Below are positions 54,125-64,000 of a DNA stretch of 64,000 bases, in pieces. Origin of the DNA: Octopus vulgaris (lineage: Eukaryota); assembly GCA_951406725.2 (NCBI GenBank), contig OX597826.1, forward strand, positions 42,346,001 through 42,410,000, read 5' to 3'. The position numbers and the translations under genes are program-made. Under the pieces are notes generated by a model. It was not told the origin of the DNA. It was given only the letters and a program-made list of their open reading frames with translations, and ran no database searches. Within the stretch, counting starts at the first letter, position 1. Each line of letters begins with the position of its first letter.

Positions 54125-54351
54125 CACTTGTTTCAGTCATTGGACTGCAGTCATGTGGAGCACCACATTGAAGGGTTTTAATCGAATGAATCGACTCGAG
54201 TACTTTTTTTTAAACCTGGTACTTATTCTATCGGTATCATTTGTCGAACCGCCAAGTTAAGGAAATGTAAACGAGCCAAAACCGGTTGTCAAGTAGTGGT
54301 GAGGAACAATCTCAAAAACACAATCACACACATAGATAGACAGATAGACAT

Positions 54352-54417
<66 letters not shown>

Positions 54418-54760
54418 TTCTTTATTGGCCACGCAGGGCTAAACACAGAAGGGACAAAATACAAAGTAGAGCTTTTCTTTTGGGGAAGAATAGAAGGGAA
54501 AACAGGTTAGGTTTGTCCGTGGATAGAAAAGCCTACGGAAAAGACCACGGGAACCTTGGGCAATAGTGTAATGCAAAAAGAAAACACATTACAGTAAGTG
54601 GGTCTCTTTTTTTCCCTTTCGTTGACGGGCTTCTTTCAGTTTCCATCTATTAAATCTACTCACGAGGCTTCGATCAGCCCGAGACTGTAGTAGAAGGTGT
54701 CATGTAAAGGGAGTGAGCCCGGAAACATATATTTCGAAGCAAACTTCTCACTACACAACC
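54125..54760 (-). mobile_element. SINE group B interrupted by (GATA)n and a LINE-like 3' end (54417-54620)
   Basis: SINE 3' half at 54125-54310, SINE 5' half from GACGGGCTTCTTTCAGTTTCC (54624). The insert is homologous to 16080-16448. Confidence 0.78.
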
Positions 54761-55132
54761 ACAACAGCATTTTTTTTCTTTTTTCTTTTTATCGATTCCT
54801 GAATGTTTGAACTCAAAACTTAGAAATCGATAATTAAATATTTTGTCTGATATTATAACATTTTGTCCGACCAACATTACCGAATCGATAGTGTCTCCTG
54901 AAATCTACTTCTAAAGCTAAGTGTAGGCCTCTTGCTCAAATCAAAGAAACCATTGTTTTTAAATTTTCCGATATCAAATGACATATCTTTCGCAAAACGG
55001 GAGAAACAAAATTATATGACGTTCATAGATTTCTTAGTATGGGAGGTTAACAACGTAGGTGTATTGAATTGTCTCTAGACAGAAGCCAAAAATGCCATAG
55101 ATGGTAAGTTTCCCAAGACAATAGATAATAAT

Positions 55133-55600
55133 ACAGGGTGTTCAATTTAAAAATTGACTCGATTGATTAACTGTCAAAATATTGGCTCTCTCTGATTGGC
55201 TCAGATTAGTTCTCTCTGACTGGCATTCATTCGAGATTTCTTCTGGAGTCGTAATGGTATTATCAGTCCTGCAACGTACATTTATCGTGGTATCTTATTT
55301 TAGATCAGGACGTTTTATCAATAAGCGATGGATATACTCCTTTGACAATAGCGTTACTGGTTTTTAGAACGAATATCCAAATGTGTCTCCGCCAACAAAG
55401 CAGGCGATTGATGTTCTGATTAAAAAGTTTAGGAAGACGGGCTCAGTTGAAAACAAGAAACCTGTTCGCCAATGTACTCGCCTTTCTGATGATGTTGTGG
55501 AAGGTATCCGTCAACGAATTCTTCGCAGTCCCAGGAAATCTGTGCGACTTTTGTCTCATGAAACTAGGTTATCTGTTGGCAGCTGCCATGACAACTGGAA
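55133..55600 (+). mobile_element. 5' fragment of a Tc1/mariner-superfamily transposon (DUF4817-type HTH N-terminus)
   Basis: Starts TA-CAGGGTGTTCAATT. Peptide QRTFIVVSYF ... PPTKQAIDVLIKKFRKTGSVENK ... RILRSPRKSVRLLS. Confidence 0.72.
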
Positions 55601-55976
55601 ATATTAATGCCAAGCTGTATCGGTCTAAGTCATCTGCCTTTTCCTCGGATATACATCGTTATTGTAGAGAGGGAAGACTTGTGTGCATGAACAGATACTG
55701 GCACTGTCAAGAAAGAAAAATTGTCCAGGCTTGCACATACATAGGTATAAGTACACTCATCATTAATCCCCGAAGGCCCTTTGTGCAACACCTTAGAATT
55801 GGAGGGAACAGGAGACCGGAATGTTATGCGACCCATAACCTCGCCAAGAGTATTAACAGTGGAAATAAAATACAATGGCGTCTAAGTATTATATTGATGC
55901 TGTTTTCTATTTTGGACTAGGTACAATTTTAACTTGGGACGGCCATAGAATAGGGCTCAATATATTTACTAGTACT

Positions 55977-56180
55977 AAGGCAGCGAGCTGGCAGAATCCC
56001 TTGCACACTGAACAAAATGCTAAGCGGCATTTCGTCGGTCTTATGAGATCAAATTCCGCCGAGGTCGATTTTGCTTTCATCTTTTCGATAAAATGAGTAC
56101 CAGCTGAGCACTGGTGACAATGTAATCGACTAGCAACCTCCTCCGAAATTGCAGGCACTGTGTCAAAATTTGAAACCGAT
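55977..56180 (+). mobile_element. SINE group A
   Basis: AAGGCAGCGAGCTGGCAGAATC and CAAATTCCGCCGAGGTCGA. Confidence 0.82.
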
Positions 56181-57079
56181 ATATTTACTGGCAGTTATAT
56201 TACCAGCACAAGTGGGAGGGACTAAGTCTGTGCATCAAGATGTAGTGTTGGGCTCGAACACATAAGTTGGCATTTGGTTATTTCAGTAATTTTCCTGCTT
56301 TCAAACCAGAATATTTCTTTGTTTTGACCAGATTCTCAATCCGTATATTTTATGACAAATATAATATGGATGATTGGCGTTCATATCTTTCCGAAGAGGA
56401 TTAATAAACGGCATAACATTTACCGAGAAGTGAAACTATATTACTGGCTTGTATAAGAATCTATGTCTTCCAAATAAGGATTAACAAATGATATATGTGA
56501 AGTGACGCCAACTGGAAATAGAAACCGTATGGACAGAAGGCAAATAATTTCTCGTTGTACGGCCCTCACTGCACACACAGGGGTTGTATTACGCTTCTTT
56601 CAAATTCGAGTGTACTTAATTCTATTTCCGCACATCCCGATTAACAATACTACACATAAAAGCAAATTACTTGCTCGTGTATTATATCAGTATCTGTGTC
56701 GCTAGATGTACTGCATGAATATGTAACTGTATATGTATGTGTGTATGTGTGTGTTCGAAACAGTCCATTTGATTAGTGAGGTGAGAATACGTTTGCATAA
56801 TTTATAAGCTTTACGCGCGACGGACCAATGCAAACAATCAGTTTGAATTAAGTAATAATCCATTACAGAGGAAGAAATATCATACAATCTACTACTAACA
56901 TCTAGCCCCAAGAGAGTAACAGATTACATTTGCGGTACTAACACTAGTTAGAATCGCTGCAGGTATTGTGCACCTGCTAACATTTAGTTGAGATTATTTT
57001 CTAATTCGAAAATTGGTCTCTAATCACTCGGCAGGAAGATCCATAGATTTAATCTACTACAATATCATAAAGCAATTAG

Positions 57080-57240
57080 GGGCGGTGAGCTGGCTGAAAC
57101 GTTAGCACGTCGGGCGAAATGCTTAGTGGTTTTTCGTCTGCCCTTATGTTCTGAGTTCAAATTCCGCCGATGTCGACTTTGCTTCCATCCTTTCGAAGTC
57201 GATAAATTAAGTACCAGTCGCGTACTGGAGTCGATCTAAT
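57080..57240 (+). mobile_element. SINE group A, 3'-truncated
   Basis: GGCGGTGAGCTGGCTGAAACGTTAGCACGTCGGGCGAAATGCTTAG. Confidence 0.85.
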
Positions 57241-57275
57241 CTAAACATGTTATAATACTGAAAAAGAGAAGAAGC

Positions 57276-57317
<42 letters not shown>

Positions 57318-58199
57318 TTATGTATACATATTTATGTATATACATAGCAGAAGTTTGTCATTTAAGTATATATGAGCATATCTAGGCATACAACTATATG
57401 CATGAGAATACATACATAAAACAAAATATATATACATCCATACATACGTACAGAAATACCCTGTTGATGTTGAAATTCCAACGAAGTAGCCTTGGATCTA
57501 GGTTAGAAATCAGCTTTTCCTCTATTGGTAAGAAATCTTGAAATAAAACTGAATGACATACATACATACATACATATATACATACATACATACATACATA
57601 CATACATACATACATACATACATACATACATACATACATACATACAATGACTAACTCGTATCAATGTGTGTTGGAGTACCGTGGGATACCTTTATTTTAT
57701 GTGGTTGGTAGTTTGCCGTCAAATTTCCTGTTACTGCAATATGTCATATGTATATTTATATGCAATATTCCTAAGAAAACGGTAAGAAAATGAAACTGAA
57801 GAAGAAAGTAACTAAATATTATTATTATTATAAATTTTATTTACAATCCATGATGTTAGAATTATAGCGGGTAGGTGTACAATTACGGATGATAGTGTAG
57901 TAGCCAAGTAAATATGCGCCGATTTGAAAATGAGTATTACAGACAATGATTATGTTGATAAACAAACTAATTTCGATCAAATGGGATGAAGAGATAATTT
58001 CGATCAAATCAGATGAAGAGATAAAATGAAACGTGACCTGAAGTTGCATGGATAACCCCGGATATCACTCAACTTTATTTAAGTCAGCGAATAATCTCAG
58101 ACTAAATGACAGAAATATTTGAGAAATGTTTCACTCAAAAGTTATAGATATTAATGTTGAAATTAGAAAGATATTTGAATTTTAGAGCAGTTTAAAAAG

Positions 58200-58390
58200 G
58201 TCCCCGGGTCTAGGAAAGAAGTATTCAGCCAATGCCCTCATCTAAAACGTTTCCTATTACAAATTTGGAATTCCCCATTCGTTGAATAGGCCTGTCACAG
58301 CCCCTTCGAAATTCACCACAGTGGGAGCCAATTTAAGGGCGATAACCTCGTCCCACGTGCAGCACGGACAATTATTTTTTGTTTACAAAC
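58200..58390. promoter_or_regulatory. candidate cis-regulatory cluster
   Basis: AGCCAAT at 58227 and 58326, GGAATTCCCC (NF-kB-like) at 58267, CACGTG at 58354 and TGTTTAC at 58380, in a GC-richer unique patch. Confidence 0.25.
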
Positions 58391-58427
58391 CAACTGACCG
58401 TTACGTATTTTAACTTCCTAACATATA

Positions 58428-58568
<141 letters not shown>

Positions 58569-58857
58569 GCCTATATATAAACTTACACACATGCATATAC
58601 ACATACATATATGCATACATATATATACATACTCATATGCGTACATTGATAACTGCCATTAATGAACATCTGAACTGAATTGTAATGTTTTCCAATAATT
58701 GAAATCATGAAAAATCGTGACTGATATCTAGATTTACTTAATTTTAATATTCCTAGATACCTTTCTAACAAAAGCATGCGAAAATCGATTTAAAGGAAAT
58801 TTAATGCGAAAGCAATTAAAATATTTCTTTTGCTTTTATAAATATGTTTTTTATAAA

Positions 58858-59110
58858 GGTGCAAGGATGGCTCTATGGTTAAAATGCTTACTTTACAACA
58901 ATGTGGTTTCGAGTTCAGTTCCATTGCGTAAAACCTTGATCGAATGTATTCTACATTAGCCCCTTGCCGGCTATTAACTTCTGATTAAATTTGCTCGATG
59001 GAAGCTGTGTTGAGGACACCCGTATACATGTATATGTTTCTGTCTATATTTGCAACCCACCACCATCTCACAGTTTGATAACCAGTGTTGGTTTGTTCAC
59101 GTTCCTGTAA
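58858..59110 (+). mobile_element. SINE group B, highly diverged
   Basis: GATGGCTCTATGGTTAA..GAGTTCAGTTCCATTGCG..TTGATAACCAGTGTTGGTTTGTT. Confidence 0.6.
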
Positions 59111-59119
59111 ACAAACCTA

Positions 59120-60490
59120 CCGGTTCTCGAGAGTCGAAGTAAACGTCTTAGTGTTGGCAAGAGATGTGGTCTGATTTCTGGTTAATAACACGATGACTAT
59201 ATGGGTCCGAGAAGGAAAATTGTAAAGATACACCAGATTGTCTTCATTCAATTCCTTGAGTTGATAATTTGGTTGTATGGAATGAAGATGTTACTATATT
59301 TAGTCATATTTAATCAAATATTTCATCCATGAGTACCTAAGTTGACAGGTTTCCGTTTTCCCATACATTATCATCTATACCCGATTGATCAATATCTCCT
59401 CGTGTTACAGCTTTGCGATGTTTCTCTACCCTTATTTTGAGGGGGCGGCATGTTTTGCCTTTGTATAACCTACCACAGCTGAAGGGGATGGAGTACACGC
59501 AGTCTTTGGTCATATTCTCTTCTATTGGTGGTTTCACTCGAAGGTGTTGTATTACTCTTGAATACTGTCCTGATGTCATATGGACCGCATATCTTTTGAA
59601 TCTTTTCGGAGAGGCCTTTCACATAGAGTAGACAGACTATGGTCAGTTTATGGGGTTCATCCTCTCTTTCTTTATAACTGGAGTGGTAGTATGTTTTGGG
59701 GGTTGTTGTTGCTTAATAGATTGTTGCTTAGCTTGAACATTTCTTCGTGGTGTGTATCAGGATCGCTATCAAGAATCAAAATTTGAAGAAAACAGAAAAT
59801 GGAGAAGTACTGATGAACAACAATTGACTTACATCAATTAATATTTAATATTTGCTCGATGTTTTAGGCACTGAACAATCCTTCTCTTTACATTGTATGG
59901 ATGGTGGGAATTGAAGTTGAGGTATCGTCCAGTGAAGGTTGGCTTGCAGTATACGGATCTCCTGGATCTATACCTGGTGCGTGTTATTAATACGTCCAGG
60001 AATGCTAGCTGATTGTCTTTTTCCTTTTCCATTGTGGACTGTATGGATGGCTTTATTGAGTTCACATGATCTAACAGTACTTGGACATCTTCCAGGTGGG
60101 GCCAGAGTATAAAGGTGTCAACATATCGCAGCCATAGGGTTGGTTTTAGTGGTGTTGATCCTAAAGCCAAATTCTCAAAGTGTTTCATGTATATATTGAC
60201 TATTATCGGTGATAATGGGGAGCCTATTGCAAAACCCTCTTCTTGTCGATATATATTAGTGCCCATTCTGAAGTAGGCAGTTTCTACACAGAAGGTCAAC
60301 ATTTCCATCAAGTTTCCTATTGGTATACTAGTGCGTTCTTTTAAATCGGAAAAATACCTTAGGAATGAGAACCCATGTTCGAAATTCCCCCAGGACACCT
60401 GATGAAGGCTGGAGAGTACATAAGCTGAAACGTTGTCTTAACAACAAGCAAGATGAGGACAAATATCTGTCAAATGTAAATAAGGCAAAC
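59120..60490 (-). mobile_element. Penelope-like retroelement (RT + GIY-YIG, defective) joined to an inverted terminal repeat
   Basis: RT: YRQEEGFAIGSPLSP, WLRYVDT, LAFLDV, TGRYLNFNSHHP. EN: CVYSIPFSCGRLYKGKT..RVEKH. The plus-strand hammerhead-like GGACAC-CTGATGA-AGGCT..AGCT-GAAAC GTT at 60393-60439 lies beyond the 5' truncation. Confidence 0.9.
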
Positions 60491-61194
60491 AAGTATTTCA
60501 TTACATGTTTGATATTTCAGTTTGAAAAACAAATACAACAGTGGTCAGTAAAGACAAAGTCAACGCTGGAGAGAGATGCGAATTCAATTTCATGAAAAAA
60601 AAGCAATATCCAAACTCTGCAAGCTTTATCTTGTCTGTCTTTCTAGCTTTCTAACGTAAATCAGAAACTAGTGTTTCGCAAGACACATCAAAATTTAATG
60701 CTTCAATAATTCATGGGACTTTTGTAAAAGACCGGTCGATTTCAATCAGGTTACGCATTGTTGCTGCTCAATGGATTGTTGTCGTTTTATGTAAGTTGAT
60801 CTCTTACGGTCGGGTAATGTTGAAGGAGAAAGTAGTATAAATTGCATGTCAAAATATTATATTGCAATAAACATCTTGGTTTAGTAGGAAGGTTCCTTCA
60901 ACATATATATCCCATAAATTCTCATTGACATTGTTGTTGAATGTGTGGCGTGTGTAATGAAAATATTATGGCTGTCAAGTTGAAAAGAGACTCGGTTGAT
61001 AAATCTGTCAATTAAGGAAATATTTATTCTTGATTTGATACCATCACCATGCAAGTTGAATCAACAAAAGAGAAATCTGGTGGTCATCAATAAACACATA
61101 CGCGCGCGCGCTCATAGAGTTATGTACAGACGATCATACGTAAGGAAGATAAGCGAACAAAAATTGTTATTTAATTGAAATTTTGCCCATAACC

Positions 61195-61621
61195 GTTCCT
61201 TCTTCTGTAGGCAGAAGACTTGAAACTTTGTGGGATGAGGCTTATCGACTATATAGACCCCAGTGCTCAACTGGTATTTATTTTCATCGACACCGAAAAG
61301 ATGGAAGACAAAGTGGACCTCAGCAGAATTTTAATTCAGAACGTAAGGCCAAAAGAAAAGTCAAGTTATATGTGTGGTGTGCTAACGATTCTGACTATCA
61401 TAATTATAGCCATACTAGTGATCTCATATTTTGGAACAAGGCCAGCAATTTCGAGGGAATTACATCGACTCCAGTGTACAACTGGTACTTATATCATCGA
61501 CCCCGAAAGGATCAAAGGCAAAGTCGACCACGGTGAAATTTGAACTCAGAACATAAAGACGAACGAAATGCCGCTAAGCATTTTGCCCAGCGTGCTAACG
61601 AATCTGCCAGCTCGCCGCCTT
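61195..61621 (-). mobile_element. two tandem SINE group A copies
   Basis: Repeated CCCAGTG..ACTGGTA..ATCGAC..GAAA..AAAGT.GACC..TTTGAACTCAGAAC. The second copy has an intact head ending CAGCTCGCCGCCT. Confidence 0.82.
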
Positions 61622-62099
61622 AAATTATAACTATAATAATGAAGACAATACATTAGCATTAATAGAAATTATGCTCAAAAGCGACAAGGGAGACAACTGA
61701 TCATTAGGTGTTATGATGACAACATCGGCTGTGTTTTGGTCATATTAGATCTCCTCAAGGATAAAACTGTTGGATCAAAGAGCAAAATATAAAATATAGA
61801 GATTTAGTTGACAATACTTCACTATTTAGATAATGTATTATTTTAAATTACCTAGCCAGTGAATTATAATTATCCCTGCAGAACAATTATGTAGGTTTCA
61901 GTTCGTAGATTGGTCTGGCAGCCATGTCGAACGTTGACTATATTATATATATAATGACGAACCTGAAGTCCAAATTATATATAAACCTTGTCATTAAAGA
62001 AAAGGAAAAAGAGGCCCTCGCTAAAGTGAAGAACTTAATAATCAAGAAATGAAACAGTTAAAAGACCTACTCCGTCGTGAATGTAACTATGTATGGAAT

Positions 62100-62400
62100 T
62101 ACGATCATGAGGTTGTGAGCTCGAATCCCGGACCGGGCTGCGTGTTGTGTTCTTGAGCAAAACACTTTATTTCACGTTGCTCCAGTTCACTCAGCTGTAG
62201 AAATGAGTTGCGACGTCACTGGTTCCAAGCTGTATCGACCTTTGTCTTTCCCTTGGATAACACTGGTGGCGTGGAGAGGGGAGGCCGGTATGCATGGGCG
62301 ACTGCTGGTCTTCCATAAACAACCTTGCCCGGACTTGTGTCTAGGAGGGTAACTTTCTAGGTGCAATCCCATGGTTCATTCATGACCGAAGGGGGTCTTT
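62100..62400 (+). mobile_element. SINE group C (second tail type), 5'-clipped
   Basis: Reverse complement of 35081-35380. Confidence 0.88.
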
Positions 62401-63285
62401 ACCCTTTAGGTGCGTACAACACTTTGAAGAGAAACTAACATGGACCATACAACTACCATACAGCCACCCAACAACAAAACGGTTTGACATAACTGAATCG
62501 ATTAATGGAATCTCTATGAATGACAAACCCATAGATGATGACCAACTAACAAGAAAGGTAAGAGTGTACGGAGGAATACAACTGGATACAGATGAACTCG
62601 CTGTCCAAGAACTCCCTCCGAAGTTTGCCATATATAATAAGGTTAGTTAGATATCAGTACAGTCAGACACTGAGAACTGCTTCACCAAACTAAGATGGAG
62701 AACACTGTTTAACCACAACCAAAATGTTGACATTCATGATATATCTGACAATAACCGTTCCATACGTTATTTCTATGATAAACGTGACATGTCGTTTGAC
62801 ATGAAAAGGCTCTGCCCTATCAACTTACCCCTCAACAAAAGAGTATGCATGCCACCCATAGCTGATGCTGCTTTAGAAGCAAAGTTTACCCTTACTAAGG
62901 CCAAACTCCTATCTGCTTTCTCTGATTACACTCAAAGGCATAAACTAAAACGTACAAAAAGTAAGACCCATGGTCTTGACACCAAAATTAAGAAAGGCCT
63001 CAACAAATTAAAAAATCGTATCAAAGATAGAGAAATTGTATGCTTCACGACGGATAAATTGGATAGAATTTCTGTTGACAACCTATCGAATTATATTTCG
63101 AACATGCAACCACATATCAGAGACATAATAGAATCAACTACACTCGAATACACTGAAAATGAAAAAGTCATTAATGCTCACATGGGATGTGGTGTATCAT
63201 TCGTACAGCGAACAATTTCATAACCACCAACAATGAAATCACACCCCTATATGGCCTTCGAAAAGATCATAAGAGCTACACAGAC
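62401..63285 (+). mobile_element. Penelope-like ORF relic (N-terminal domain and start of RT)
   Basis: ELPPKFAI ... KKGLNKLKNRIKDREIVCFTTDK ... ITPLYGLRKDHK resembles PLE L.LGPKF, IVI..ADK and P.LYGLPKIHK. Confidence 0.7.
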
Positions 63286-63453
63286 ACGCCTACACACTTA
63301 CATACCTAAATAGTCACATACATACATAAGTACATACATACGTACATATATACATTCATACATGCGTATAGACATGCATGCATACGCATGTACACATATG
63401 CATACGCACATACATGCACACATACATAAATACGTACTTACATACATACATAC

Positions 63454-63493
<40 letters not shown>

Positions 63494-63518
63494 CATTAAC
63501 TAACCGTTACATTCTCAG

Positions 63519-63711
63519 ATGCAGCAAGGAATTTTGTGAGTGAATAGTTCGCGGTTTCAAAGCGACGAAAATATTTTTACAAATTAAATCTGAGTGTTGA
63601 AGTGAATCTAACAGTTTTTGTGTGTTTTAAATGGTTTATATACACCATCCACACTGCAATTGTTTTTGTTTCAGCACACGATCTCAGGTAACTTGCTATG
63701 CAAGTACATCT

Positions 63712-63714
<3 letters not shown>
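63519..63714 (+). mobile_element. third copy of the G3:C8 hammerhead repeat family (degenerate)
   Basis: GTGAATAGTTCGCGGTTTCAAAGCGACGAAAATATTTT and the tail TGCTATGCAAGTACATCTCC. Confidence 0.7.
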
Positions 63715-63778
<64 letters not shown>

Positions 63779-63831
63779 ATATAATATAATATAATATAAT
63801 ATAATATATAAAATATATATATATATATATA

Positions 63832-64000
63832 CTCTTTTACTCTATTACTTGTTTCAGTCATTTGACTGCGGCCATGCTGGAGCACCACCTTTAGTCGAGC
63901 AACTCGACCCCGGGACTTATTCTTTTTGTAAGCCCAGTACTTATTCCATCGGTCTCTTTTTGCCGAACCGCCAAGTGACGGGGACGCAAACACACCAGCA
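63832..64000 (-). mobile_element. SINE group B 3' part (runs off window)
   Basis: Reverse complement of 44550-44710. Confidence 0.88.

Overview
This is AT-rich, microsatellite-saturated eukaryotic DNA. The SINE families and repeat profile point to a cephalopod, probably Octopus, which is an inference from recall and not a database result. Nearly all ORFs in the six-frame track are microsatellite artefacts. The window is mostly intronic or intergenic and full of mobile elements: three tRNA-derived SINE groups (25+ copies, some with clear TSDs), a decayed Ty3/Gypsy element with nested SINE and RTE-LINE insertions, Tc1, mariner and DUF4817-type DNA transposons, a CR1-like RT relic, at least six Penelope-like (PLE) coding relics, and many foldback inverted repeats. 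One plausible host coding exon lies on the minus strand (23491-23594) and encodes a signal-peptide-like N-terminus. The most notable signal, read by eye, is about a dozen type I hammerhead ribozyme (HHR) motifs with palindromic stem III, in PLE terminal repeats and small ORF-less elements. Together they show all four Watson-Crick pairs at the core 3:8 position: CUGANGA, GUGAACA, UUGAAAA and AUGAUUA. Three of these would be missed by canonical CUGANGA searches. Coordinates were counted by hand, and those of degenerate elements are approximate.
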